From: Christensenella sp. UBA6406
GTDB lineage: Bacteria > Bacillota > Clostridia > Christensenellales > UBA1242
Reading direction: 5' to 3'
DNA length: 56,357 nt
NCBI GenBank assembly: GCA_002438625.1
Contig: DJPS01000023.1
Span: forward strand, 1 to 56,357
Position numbers and translations under genes: made by a program. A model generated the notes under the pieces. It had not been told where the DNA came from, ran no database searches, and saw only the letters and a list, made by a program, of their open reading frames with translations. The first letter of the stretch is position 1, and every line of letters starts with the position of its first letter. Positions 11,020-20,904 of this stretch are shown piece after piece.

Positions 11020-12984
11020 CTACGCTTTTATTAAGTTATCAAATTCTTCTTCACTTAAAATTTTTATGCCTAATTTATCCGCTTTTGCAAGTTTACTCCC
11101 CGCATTTTCACCACAAAGAACAAAATCACAATTTTTTGAAACAGATGCAATAACTTGTGCACCTAACTTTTCTAATATTTCAGTCGCTTCTAATCTTGTA
11201 TATTTTTCAAGAGTTCCAGTAAGAACAAACTTTTTTCCACTAAAATAATGGTCCGTTCGCTTTTCTTCCACATCTTTAAATTTAAAGCCTATTGCTAAAA
11301 TTTCATCTAGCAAACTGCTAGTTTTTTGATTATGCATAAAGTCGTAAACACAATCCGCAACAACAGCACCAACATCATAAATATTTGAAATTTCATCATA
11401 CTTAGCATTTCTTAACCTTTCAATATTTCCAAAAGTATTTGCTAAATCTTTTGAACTTTTTACACCAACATTTTGAATGCTGAGAGCATAAATAAAGTTT
11501 GCAAATGTAATTTCTTTACTATTTTCTATACTTTGCAAGAAATTTTCTATTTTTTTATCTCTAAAACCTTCCAAATCCTTCAAATCATCATAAGTCAACT
11601 TATACAAATCTTTAAAATGCCTTACATTTAAATTTTTGTAAAGTGCGTCAATGGTTTTTTCACTTACACCATCAATATTTAATCCTTTTTTAGAAACAGC
11701 ATTTACAATCTTGCCTTTTACTTGGTCTGGACATTCCAAATTTGGACAAAATAAATTTGCTCCCTTTTCAATTAATTTGGATTTACAACAAGGGCATCTT
11801 ACAGGCGGAATGATAGGTTTACTATTTTTATTTAATTCGGCAAGAGTTAAAATTTCAGGTATAACTTCGTTACTCCTCCTAACAAACACACGACACGGAC
11901 ATTGAACCTGTTTTCTTTTAATATCGTTGACATTATTAAGCGTTGCTCTTGAAATCATAGCACCTGCAAGTTGAACAGGCTCTAAAATTGCAATAGGTGT
12001 AATCTTTCCAAATTTACCAACTTGCCATTCAATTCCAGTTAAATTTGCACTTTTTTCTTCGGCTTCAAATTTGTAAGCTAATGCCCATTTAGGATGCTTT
12101 ATTGTTTCTCCAAGTTCATTTCTTACATTATAATCATCAACCTTAATTACTGCCCCATCAATTTGAAAATCTAAAGAATGTTTAATCTCATCAATTTCAT
12201 CAATTCGTTTTTCAATTTTTTCAAAATCATCTAAATACGTTGCTCTTATATTTTTAAAACCATTTTGGTGCAAAAATTCTTCTACATCATATTGCGTATT
12301 TATATAATCTTTTTCCGCTATATATGGTATAGCATAGAAAAATATATGAATATTCCTTTTTGCCGTTTCTTTTGGGTCAAGGTTTCTAATTGCTCCAGCA
12401 ACCGCATTTCTAACATTTTTTAAAGCGTCGTTAGATGTTTCATTATATTTATCTAAATCACTCTGGTATATAACCCCCTCGCCCTGAACAACAAATTCAC
12501 CTTTATATGAAACCGAAAGTGGAATAGAGCGAACAGTCATAACTTGTGCTGTAACATCTTCTCCTTCTAGCCCGTCACCACGAGTTACGGCATTTTGCAA
12601 TTTCCCATTATTGTAATAAAGACAAAGATTAAGACCATCAAATTTATACTCAACTGAAAATCTTACATTTTTATAACTTGATTTTATATCATCAATCCAT
12701 TTTTTTAAATCACCTTTATTGTTTACCTTATCCAAACTGTAAAGTTTAACTTTATGCTTAAATTTTTTAAACCCACTTAAAACTTCGCCACCAACACGCC
12801 TTGTTGGAGAGTCATCAAGTACAAAATTAAACTCTTTTTCCATTGCAACAAGTTTGTCGTATAGAACATCATATTCAGCATCCGAAATCGTTGGATTATC
12901 CAAAACATAATAATTATAACTATGCTTATTTAATTCATCAACAAGTGAACGCATTTCATTTTTTTGTTTTTCCGTCATATCCAC
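11020..12984 (-). CDS. ligA: NAD-dependent DNA ligase
   Basis: 654 aa. Adenylation motif KFDG (EYKFDGLN), Zn finger CPCCKSKL...CPNLECP, HhH region and C-terminal BRCT (GKKFVLTGTL). The start is GTG at 12984; an ATG at 12978 is an alternative. Confidence 0.95.
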   Translation of the reverse strand: MDMTEKQKNEMRSLVDELNKHSYNYYVLDNPTISDAEYDVLYDKLVAMEKEFNFVLDDSPTRRVGGEVLSGFKKFKHKVKLYSLDKVNNKGDLKKWIDDIKSSYKNVRFSVEYKFDGLNLCLYYNNGKLQNAVTRGDGLEGEDVTAQVMTVRSIPLSVSYKGEFVVQGEGVIYQSDLDKYNETSNDALKNVRNAVAGAIRNLDPKETAKRNIHIFFYAIPYIAEKDYINTQYDVEEFLHQNGFKNIRATYLDDFEKIEKRIDEIDEIKHSLDFQIDGAVIKVDDYNVRNELGETIKHPKWALAYKFEAEEKSANLTGIEWQVGKFGKITPIAILEPVQLAGAMISRATLNNVNDIKRKQVQCPCRVFVRRSNEVIPEILTLAELNKNSKPIIPPVRCPCCKSKLIEKGANLFCPNLECPDQVKGKIVNAVSKKGLNIDGVSEKTIDALYKNLNVRHFKDLYKLTYDDLKDLEGFRDKKIENFLQSIENSKEITFANFIYALSIQNVGVKSSKDLANTFGNIERLRNAKYDEISNIYDVGAVVADCVYDFMHNQKTSSLLDEILAIGFKFKDVEEKRTDHYFSGKKFVLTGTLEKYTRLEATEILEKLGAQVIASVSKNCDFVLCGENAGSKLAKADKLGIKILSEEEFDNLIKA

Positions 12985-13250
12985 CTAAAACCCCACTAAA
13001 AACTCACTAATTAAAATCTGAATTTAAACGCAATTTAATCAGTAATTTAAATTTATTTTTTATTTGCAACATAATATAAATTATGTGTCGTAAATTTTTA
13101 AAGGTGTTTAAAAATTTATGCAAATTAAACAAATTTGCTCTAAAATTAACCTTTTAGCGACACAATTTGAATTATGCTTGTCGGTCAAATGAGAAAGCAA
13201 GTTTTCTCGCTCTCCCAACTTCGTATAATATAATTTTTAATAAAGAATAA

Positions 13251-15605
13251 CTATTCAACCAAAGTTAAAGGAGCAAAAGCTAAAAGCAACTCTTTTTTAC
13301 CGACCACATCAAATTGAACTGTGACCATAGTTGCATCACCCTTGCCACTAACTGCGACAATTTTTCCAATTCCATAATGACTATGATTAACTTTCTTACC
13401 AACATCAAAACCTTCCTTATATTTCCCAGAAGATGAATTATTATTTGTAGATTGATAAGTCTTTGTCCTTTTATTAAAATCACTTAAAGATTGAGATACA
13501 CCTTTTCTAACTCCATATGCAGGTTTATCTTCTCTATAATCTTTAATATTATCATCATAAGCATTTTTATTGACCCCATATGTATTCTCTTTAACTGCGG
13601 AATCAATAGCTTCATAACTCTTCTCCGTGATAAAGCCCATTTCTTTTAAAAACATTGAAGGAGTCATATATTCATAATGCCCATACAAAAATCTTGTAGT
13701 TGAACTTGTTATATAAAGTTGCTCTTTGGCTCTTGTAATAGCCACATACATTAGCCTTCTTTCTTCTTCATCCAAAATGCCGTCTCTCATTATTGGGAAA
13801 ACTTTTTGTTCCGCACCTATAATAAAGACAACTTTGTATTCTAGTCCTTTAACTCCATGCACACTTGCAATAGTTACTTTATCATCATCCTCATCTGTAA
13901 CCGCTTCATTTACCAAAGTTATATTTTCCAAATAACTGGTTAGTGTTGCATTTTCAGCATTTTCTTCAAAATCCTGTGCTGATTGAATTAAACTATCTAA
14001 ATTCATTCGTCTATTGCGACTTTCTTCGCTCTTATCACTATAAAGTTCTCTTATGCCTGCTCTTGTAATTAAAAATCGTATTCCTTCGCTTACACCATTT
14101 TCACTTACAAACTCTTTAATATCTTTTATGATAGCATAGAAATCTTTTAATTTTTGTCGCATTCCATTATTAATTGTACCAATCAAATCGGCATTTTCAC
14201 ACATTTCAATAATGTTTAAGTTATAGAAACTGCAAGCATCGATAATTTTGTCAACAGTTGCCTCCCCTATCCCACGCTTAGGATAATTAATAATCCTATT
14301 AAAAGATGAAATATCATTTGGGTTTGCTATAACTCTTAAATAGCTTACTGCATTTTTAACTTCCAAACGATCAAAGAATTTAAAGCCACCAAACACTGCG
14401 TGCGGAATGTTGTATGATAAAAACTTTTCCTCAAACAATCTTGAAAGCGAGTTCAATCTCATTAAAACTGCAATATCCTTGTATTCCACACCACTTTGAT
14501 GCAAACTATAAATTGTCTGTGCAACATATTCTGCCTCTTGCTTATCAGTTGCAAAATTCCTATAAATAACCGAACTCCCCAAGTCTTTGTTACTCTTTAA
14601 CACTTTTGGAATCCTATCAGTATTTTGACTTATCAGTTTATTCGCCAAATCTAGAATATTTTTCGTACTACGATAATTCTGCTCCAATTTAAAAAGTTTA
14701 AAATTTTCATAATCTTTCATAAAGTTTTGAATATTCTTAATGTTTGCTCCACGCCATCCATAAATGCACTGGTCCTCATCTCCAACAACAAAAATGTTCT
14801 TATTTTTGCTTGAAAGCAATTTTATTATATTATATTGCACAACATTTGTATCTTGAAACTCATCGACTAAAATATAGCGAAATCTATCCGCATAATAATC
14901 TCTAACAGAATCAACTTTCTTTAACAAATTTTCAGTGAATACAAGCAAGTCATCAAAATCCAACGCATTACTTTCTTCTAAAATTTGTTGATATTTTTTT
15001 ATTGTTAAAATGATTTTATCTATATCTTTAATAAAAGAATTTTCCTTTTCATATTCATCATAAGGGATGTTCGCATTTTTTATTACGCTCATATGATAAA
15101 TTACTTGTTTTATAAAACCATCATCTTTTTCTGCCTGTTCTTCACTAGCTTCATTTTTATCTTCTTTTACGCTATTTTCTCCAACAGTTGCCATTTCTTT
15201 TGCATTCAACTTTCCTTTCCCTGCTTGCTTGCCAGTTATAGCCATTTTCAAAATCTTAGCAGTGTCATCTGGTCCATATATCGTAAAATTAGAATTAAAA
15301 TGCGAATTCAATTTCTCTATATCACGCCTTAACATTGTTGCACACATAGAGTGAATGGTTGATACCCAAATTCGAGATAGACCACCCACAATATTCTCAA
15401 CACGCTCTTTCATTTCTCTTGCAGCCTTGTTTGTGAACGTGATTGCTAAAATATTATAGCCATCTACACCCTTTTCCTGCATCAAATATGCTATTCTTTG
15501 CGTTAATAGTCTTGTCTTTCCACTGCCAGCACCAGCAGTTACAAGGATTGCACCTTCCGTTGCAAGCATTGCTTGCTTTTGTTCTTCATTTAATTCGATA
15601 CTCAT
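13251..15605 (-). CDS. pcrA: ATP-dependent DNA helicase PcrA/UvrD
   Basis: Start re-called to the ATG at 15605 (MSIELNEEQKQAM...). SF1 motifs AGAGSGKT, FTNKAAREM, LVDEFQDTN, VGDEDQCIYGWRGA, QNYRST, VHGVKGLEY and YVAITRAK are present. C-terminal Tudor-like tail HSHYGIGKIV. Confidence 0.9.
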   Translation of the reverse strand: MSIELNEEQKQAMLATEGAILVTAGAGSGKTRLLTQRIAYLMQEKGVDGYNILAITFTNKAAREMKERVENIVGGLSRIWVSTIHSMCATMLRRDIEKLNSHFNSNFTIYGPDDTAKILKMAITGKQAGKGKLNAKEMATVGENSVKEDKNEASEEQAEKDDGFIKQVIYHMSVIKNANIPYDEYEKENSFIKDIDKIILTIKKYQQILEESNALDFDDLLVFTENLLKKVDSVRDYYADRFRYILVDEFQDTNVVQYNIIKLLSSKNKNIFVVGDEDQCIYGWRGANIKNIQNFMKDYENFKLFKLEQNYRSTKNILDLANKLISQNTDRIPKVLKSNKDLGSSVIYRNFATDKQEAEYVAQTIYSLHQSGVEYKDIAVLMRLNSLSRLFEEKFLSYNIPHAVFGGFKFFDRLEVKNAVSYLRVIANPNDISSFNRIINYPKRGIGEATVDKIIDACSFYNLNIIEMCENADLIGTINNGMRQKLKDFYAIIKDIKEFVSENGVSEGIRFLITRAGIRELYSDKSEESRNRRMNLDSLIQSAQDFEENAENATLTSYLENITLVNEAVTDEDDDKVTIASVHGVKGLEYKVVFIIGAEQKVFPIMRDGILDEEERRLMYVAITRAKEQLYITSSTTRFLYGHYEYMTPSMFLKEMGFITEKSYEAIDSAVKENTYGVNKNAYDDNIKDYREDKPAYGVRKGVSQSLSDFNKRTKTYQSTNNNSSSGKYKEGFDVGKKVNHSHYGIGKIVAVSGKGDATMVTVQFDVVGKKELLLAFAPLTLVE

Positions 15606-15612
15606 AGATTTT

Positions 15613-15641
15613 ATTATATCAAATTTAGAAAATATTTTCAA
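15613..15641 (-). promoter_or_regulatory. Sigma-A-type promoter of pcrA with the -10 box 7 nt from the ATG
   Basis: On the - strand: TTGAAA (15641-15636), 17-nt spacer, TATAAT (15618-15613), AAAATCT, then ATG (15605). No SD. Confidence 0.6.
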
Positions 15642-15778
15642 GTAAAATTGCACATTATTTTCATAAATTTGTTTATAATTATCGCTAATAAATTTAGCAC
15701 AAAAAATTAGCATACAAAAATAAAAGCCTTATAAAAGACCTTTATAAAATGTTTAAAATCTATTAATTTATTGTTTTT

Positions 15779-16999
15779 TCACATTTTTATTTGTTGCAAT
15801 TTTATGCTTTTAAAATTTTTATTTTGATTTGTTGATTGCTTACAAATATTAAGGACTATTCCAATTGACGCAAAAAACACAATTAAACTGCTACTCCCAG
15901 CACTTATAAGGGGTAAAGGCACGCCTGTTGGTGGAATACTCCCCGTAACAACCGCTAAATTAATTAAAACTTGCACACCAAGCACAGAAGCAACACCAAC
16001 ACTCAAAAGACATCCAAACCTATCTTTTGCCCTTATTGCAACTTTTATAATCAATGCTATCAGTATAACAAAAACAGCAATTAAAATTAATGCCCCCAAA
16101 AAGCCGAACTCTTCACCAATTATTGAAAATATAAAATCACTTTCTGAAAACGGCAAAAATTGAAACTTTTGTCTCGAATTAAACAATCCAACGCCAAACC
16201 ATCCTCCACTTCCTAACGAATAAAGCGATTGAATAAGTTGAAACCCTTCGCCTTGTGGAGATGCCCAAGGGTCAATGAAAGCAAAAAGCCTTTTCAATCT
16301 ATATGGTTCTAAAATGATAAGAAAAGGCACAACTGCTAAAGCTGGCACAGCAAGTGCAGTCAAATGCTTTGATTTCATACCACCAACAAAAAGCATAATC
16401 AACATAACAATTCCCACACACATTGTTATGCTCATATTTGGTTCCAACATTATAAGCACACACATTGCAAGTCCAACAATTAAAATTGGCAAATATGACT
16501 TAAATTTATGTGCATCAAAATTTTTCCCGCATAAAACACAAGCACAAAATATTATAAATCCAAATTTTGCAATCTCGCTTCCTTGAATAGTAAATCCTGG
16601 AAGCCCAATCCACCTATTTGCACCATAATTTGAAACACCAATTCCAGGGATAAACACTAAAATTAGGAATATAAAGGACAAAGCACACGCAACCCATTTA
16701 TATTTCATATATATATGGTAATCAATTTTATATGTACAAATTAATGCAACAATTCCTAAAACAACACCAATAATTTGCTTAATTAAAAAATGATATTCAT
16801 TATTATAGTTATTTAATGCAGAATATGAACTTGCACTATAAACCATTAAGCACCCGAAAATTGATAAAATTAAAACAATAATAAAAATTTTTAAGCTTAA
16901 TGCATTAGCACTGTTAGGCAACATATTTGGATATAATTTATATTTCATTTTTAAATTTAGCCTTTGATTTATATTTTTTTTCTTAGCATCAATTTTCAT
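15779..16999 (-). CDS. ftsW: SEDS family peptidoglycan polymerase FtsW
   Basis: 406 aa polytopic membrane protein with SEDS C-terminal motif PTGVPLPLISAGSSSL. Located after murD in the dcw cluster. Overlaps murD by 11 nt. Confidence 0.8.
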   Translation of the reverse strand: MKIDAKKKNINQRLNLKMKYKLYPNMLPNSANALSLKIFIIVLILSIFGCLMVYSASSYSALNNYNNEYHFLIKQIIGVVLGIVALICTYKIDYHIYMKYKWVACALSFIFLILVFIPGIGVSNYGANRWIGLPGFTIQGSEIAKFGFIIFCACVLCGKNFDAHKFKSYLPILIVGLAMCVLIMLEPNMSITMCVGIVMLIMLFVGGMKSKHLTALAVPALAVVPFLIILEPYRLKRLFAFIDPWASPQGEGFQLIQSLYSLGSGGWFGVGLFNSRQKFQFLPFSESDFIFSIIGEEFGFLGALILIAVFVILIALIIKVAIRAKDRFGCLLSVGVASVLGVQVLINLAVVTGSIPPTGVPLPLISAGSSSLIVFFASIGIVLNICKQSTNQNKNFKSIKLQQIKM

Positions 17000-18359
17000 T
17001 ATTTACCCAACTTTTAAAATATTTTCCCCTCTCTTCATAATTCCTAAATTCATCAAAACTAGCGCAGGCAGGGCTTAATAAAATCACATCGCCAGCACAA
17101 GCATTTTCTTTTGCTGAATTTATAGCATCTATCAACCTATTGTGTGTTTTATAATTATGATATCCAACATTTATTGCACCACTAATTAACTTTTGATTAA
17201 CCTCACCACAAAAATAGCAATTTATATTTTCATTTAAATTTTTAAATAGTTCAGTAAAATCTTCTCCCTTATCACTGCCCCCAAGAATCAAATGTACTCT
17301 ATCATTTTTAAAAGCAGTTAATGCATTTAGTGTAGCATCAATGTTTGTGGCTTTGCTATCATTATAATATTGCACACCATCAATATTTTTAACAAATTCC
17401 AATCTATGCTCTACGGGTTTAAAAGTTTTAAGAGATTCAAAAATATTTTCATATGATATTTCTATTTGTTCACAAATTAAAATTGATGCCAATATATTTA
17501 AATGATTATGATTGCCAACTAAGCGTACATCTTCAAATTTTGCCACAACATTTGCATTGTTTAATTTGTTATTATTTTTAACTAAAAATGATTTATAATA
17601 AGTAAAAGCATCAACATTTTCTTTTTCCAAACTAAACCAAAGTTTTTTCGCTTTACTTTCAAAGTTTATTTCTTTAAAATTAATATCATCAAAATTTAAA
17701 ACACATACATCGTTTCGCTTTTGATTTTTTGCAATATTTAATTTTGATTTATAATATTGCAACACATTTTCATATCGGTTTAAGTGATCAGGATGCAAGT
17801 TTAATATGCAACTAATTTTAGGTCTAAATTTAATTATTGATTCTAATTGAAAGCTACTTAATTCTAAAACTACAACATCATCTTTATTCACTCTTTCAAC
17901 AAATGATATAAAAGGTATTCCAACGTTCCCCCCTATATAGCATATTTTTTCAGATTTAATGATATGGTGAACCAATGAAGTTGTTGTAGTTTTTCCATTT
18001 GTGCCAGTGATTGCAATTATATTTTTTGACTTGCAAAAACGATAAGCAAATTCAATTTCACCCAATACTAATATTTTATGTAATTTTGCCTTTATAAGCA
18101 ATTCGCTATTTAAAGGCACTCCAGGGCTAACAATAATCATATCAAATTTTTTTAAATCAATCTTATTCTCTTCAAAATAAATTGCATTATATTTATTTAT
18201 AATTTCATAACTTTCACCTATTTTTTGAGAATCACCACTTGAAAATATATCATCATATACAAAAACTTTACATTTCTTACTTTTTAGAAAGTCAAGCAGA
18301 GCCTGTCCCGTTCTTGATAAACCATAAATAAGAATATTTTTATTTTTTAATCTAAGCAT
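16989..18359 (-). CDS. murD: UDP-N-acetylmuramoylalanine--D-glutamate ligase
   Basis: 456 aa. Mur ligase P-loop GTNGKTTT. Positioned between mraY and ftsW. GGAG 6 nt upstream of the ATG. Confidence 0.9.
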   Translation of the reverse strand: MLRLKNKNILIYGLSRTGQALLDFLKSKKCKVFVYDDIFSSGDSQKIGESYEIINKYNAIYFEENKIDLKKFDMIIVSPGVPLNSELLIKAKLHKILVLGEIEFAYRFCKSKNIIAITGTNGKTTTTSLVHHIIKSEKICYIGGNVGIPFISFVERVNKDDVVVLELSSFQLESIIKFRPKISCILNLHPDHLNRYENVLQYYKSKLNIAKNQKRNDVCVLNFDDINFKEINFESKAKKLWFSLEKENVDAFTYYKSFLVKNNNKLNNANVVAKFEDVRLVGNHNHLNILASILICEQIEISYENIFESLKTFKPVEHRLEFVKNIDGVQYYNDSKATNIDATLNALTAFKNDRVHLILGGSDKGEDFTELFKNLNENINCYFCGEVNQKLISGAINVGYHNYKTHNRLIDAINSAKENACAGDVILLSPACASFDEFRNYEERGKYFKSWVNNEN

Positions 18360-18375
18360 AACTCACTCCATTAAA

Positions 18376-19377
18376 TTACTTTATGCTAAAATATATGCAA
18401 ATTACACTTACAATTATGCTTATAATTGTGTAGCATACAACAATCTTTGTCTCATTAAAACCTTTTTTCTCAAAATGATGATGTAATGGAGCCATAAGCA
18501 AAATGCGCTTTTTTGTTTTTTTGTAATAAGCGACTTGCAAAATTACTGAAACAGTTGTTATAACAAACATTAAACAAATAAAAGGTAAATATAAATAAAG
18601 CCCACTAAATACGGCAATAGAATTTATGAACCCACCTACGGCAAGAGAGCCCACATCTCCCATAAAAATTTTAGCTTTATAAGAATTAAAAATTAAGAAC
18701 GCCAGCAACGCCCCAACAAAAGCGAAACTTAAAGTTATTAATGAATTTAATTCACCCACTTGAACAGCACTTGCACCCAAATTGTAAACAAAATTGGAAT
18801 ACATTATCATAAAAACAGCAAAAGCACCTATGCAAACCGTTGAAACAGAGCCAGCAAGCCCATCTAGCCCATCCGTTAAATTTACAGCATTTGTAACTGC
18901 TAAATACAAAAAGAACACAATAGGAATAATCCACCAACCTATATCAATTTCGTAAAAACTAAAAGGAACAATTATTGAATTTGGTACAAGTGGCGAATAA
19001 TAGCAGAACAATGCAACAATTAACGCTAGTCCGCCTTGTCCTAAAATCTTTTGAATAGGAGTCAATCCCAAATTTCTATTGAACTTTAATTTAATAAAAT
19101 CATCTAAAAATCCAACAAAACCATAACCCAACGTTACAAGCAGTGTCATTAACATTAAAAATGAATTTTCATTATAAAAAATTATTGCGACAATAGACAA
19201 AGCAGTTAAAAAGATTACCCCACCCATTGTGGGCGTTCCCTGCTTTGAAGTGTGCAGTTCAACATATTCTAAAATATTTTGCCCAAGTTTTTTCTTTCTT
19301 AAATATTTAATTGTAGGTATAGCTATTAATAGTGCAATTACAAATGAGCATATCAACGCAAGTAACCAAATTTTCAT
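18376..19377 (-). CDS. mraY: Phospho-N-acetylmuramoyl-pentapeptide transferase
   Basis: 333 aa. Motifs NAVNLTDGLDGLA, MGDVGSLA and APLHHHFE. Confidence 0.95.
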   Translation of the reverse strand: MKIWLLALICSFVIALLIAIPTIKYLRKKKLGQNILEYVELHTSKQGTPTMGGVIFLTALSIVAIIFYNENSFLMLMTLLVTLGYGFVGFLDDFIKLKFNRNLGLTPIQKILGQGGLALIVALFCYYSPLVPNSIIVPFSFYEIDIGWWIIPIVFFLYLAVTNAVNLTDGLDGLAGSVSTVCIGAFAVFMIMYSNFVYNLGASAVQVGELNSLITLSFAFVGALLAFLIFNSYKAKIFMGDVGSLAVGGFINSIAVFSGLYLYLPFICLMFVITTVSVILQVAYYKKTKKRILLMAPLHHHFEKKGFNETKIVVCYTIISIIVSVICIYFSIK

Positions 19378-19451
19378 ATTTCCTTTTTATCTCCATTTTT
19401 ATATAGATGAAATAAATTTTTTTAACGCTTTACTGTTTAAACAAAATTAAA

Positions 19452-20876
19452 TTAAATATACTTTTTAACTTCATCATAATCACTATACGCAACTTTTATT
19501 GCATTTATGTCTTGATATGTCTCCACACCCTTACCACAAATTACTATAATGCTTCCAGACTTAGCAATTTCGTTCGCATACTTAATTGCCTTCGCCCTAT
19601 CACTTTCAATAACAAATGGCACTTTTATTGATTTTGATAAATCGTTTAAAATGTCAGTTTCCTTTTCATACCTTGGATTATCAGATGTTAAAATTATATA
19701 ATCTGCATATTTACTTACAATTGTTCCCATTTCTTCTCTTTTTAAACTATCACGATTTCCACTGCTACCAAAAACAACAATTAAATCATCTGTAAAAGGC
19801 CTAACAGTTGAAAGCACATTATTTAATGCATCTGGTGTATGAGCATAGTCAATACACACAAAATATTGATGTACTTTTATATAGTCCAACCGACCTAAGA
19901 TTTGTGGTGTTTTAGCAATAATTTTTGTTAGCCTTTTTAATTTTATGCCATACACTTTCAAGGTCAGCAATGATGCAAGCACATTATATAGGTTATGCAC
20001 CCCACCATTTGGATATGTAAAGTGGACATTTTCTTCTTTATTAATCATTGCATCAAATTCTATTTTATTCATTAATATTTTTACATTTTCAGCCTTTAAA
20101 TATGCAAGATTTTTTATTGCATAAGATTTGATTTTATTGTTAAATTTAAGCTTCTTTATAAATTCATCATCTGCATTTATAACTACATTCTCGCAATATT
20201 CATTTAAAAATTTGAATTTATAATTTCCATAATTAGTCATTGTTTCAAAAAAATCTAAATGGTCTTGTGTTAAATTTGTAAATATTCCTATTTTAAACTT
20301 TAAGCCGTATATTTTATCAAAATAAACTGAATGTGCGGACACTTCCATAACAACAACTTCAACACCCTCCGCAACCATTTGATTAAAAATTTTATATAAA
20401 TCTAAAACATCTGGCGTTGTTAATTTAGTTTCATATTTTGCATTACCAATGTAATAACCTGTAGTTCCAATCACTCCCACTTTTAACTTTAATTTTTCAA
20501 ATGCATTTTTCAATATAAAAGTTATAGATGTCTTGCCATTCGTGCCTGTAACGCCAATTAAATCCATTTTTTTAGCAGGATTATCATAAAAATTTGATGC
20601 AACTTTACACATTTGTTTTCGCACTGAATCTACCTTTATTTGAATTATGTCATCGCCTAGTCCATTTATAAAATATTCAACTAAAAAAGCTTTACAACCA
20701 TACTCCGCTATCACTTTAACATAATTATGTGCATCATATTTTTCTCCAACAACACAACAAAACAATGCACCTGCTTTAACTTCTTTTGTATTGTCACAAA
20801 TTGATAAAATATCAATATCCTTAAAGTTTTTATATTCAACATTTTCTACATTGCTTAGCAATTTTGAAAGTAACAT
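19452..20876 (-). CDS. murE: UDP-MurNAc-L-Ala-D-Glu--2,6-diaminopimelate ligase
   Basis: 474 aa. P-loop GVTGTNGKTS. The DNPR motif (TSDNPRYE) is associated with meso-DAP-adding MurE enzymes. Confidence 0.9.
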   Translation of the reverse strand: MLLSKLLSNVENVEYKNFKDIDILSICDNTKEVKAGALFCCVVGEKYDAHNYVKVIAEYGCKAFLVEYFINGLGDDIIQIKVDSVRKQMCKVASNFYDNPAKKMDLIGVTGTNGKTSITFILKNAFEKLKLKVGVIGTTGYYIGNAKYETKLTTPDVLDLYKIFNQMVAEGVEVVVMEVSAHSVYFDKIYGLKFKIGIFTNLTQDHLDFFETMTNYGNYKFKFLNEYCENVVINADDEFIKKLKFNNKIKSYAIKNLAYLKAENVKILMNKIEFDAMINKEENVHFTYPNGGVHNLYNVLASLLTLKVYGIKLKRLTKIIAKTPQILGRLDYIKVHQYFVCIDYAHTPDALNNVLSTVRPFTDDLIVVFGSSGNRDSLKREEMGTIVSKYADYIILTSDNPRYEKETDILNDLSKSIKVPFVIESDRAKAIKYANEIAKSGSIIVICGKGVETYQDINAIKVAYSDYDEVKKYI

Positions 20877-20904
20877 CTAACTCTTCCCCTCACTTATTTA
20901 AAAT

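Noticed and set aside
15117-15236. An insertion of about 40 aa, rich in Lys, Glu and Ala (TGKQAGKGKLNAKEMATVGENSVKEDKNEASEEQAEKDDG), in PcrA between motifs Ia and II.
   Set aside because: It is judged only against my memory of Geobacillus PcrA. It is probably a lineage-specific surface loop, and I cannot align it rigorously here.
18752-18937. Same-strand alternative-frame ORFs, including a Cys-rich 61-aa ORF inside mraY. Others are 13280-13483 in pcrA, 41908-42090 in ynbB and 43059-43250 in miaA.
   Set aside because: They are frame-shifted readings of strongly conserved genes. The Cys/Phe richness is a by-product of the host frame's codons. There are no SDs and no independent signals.
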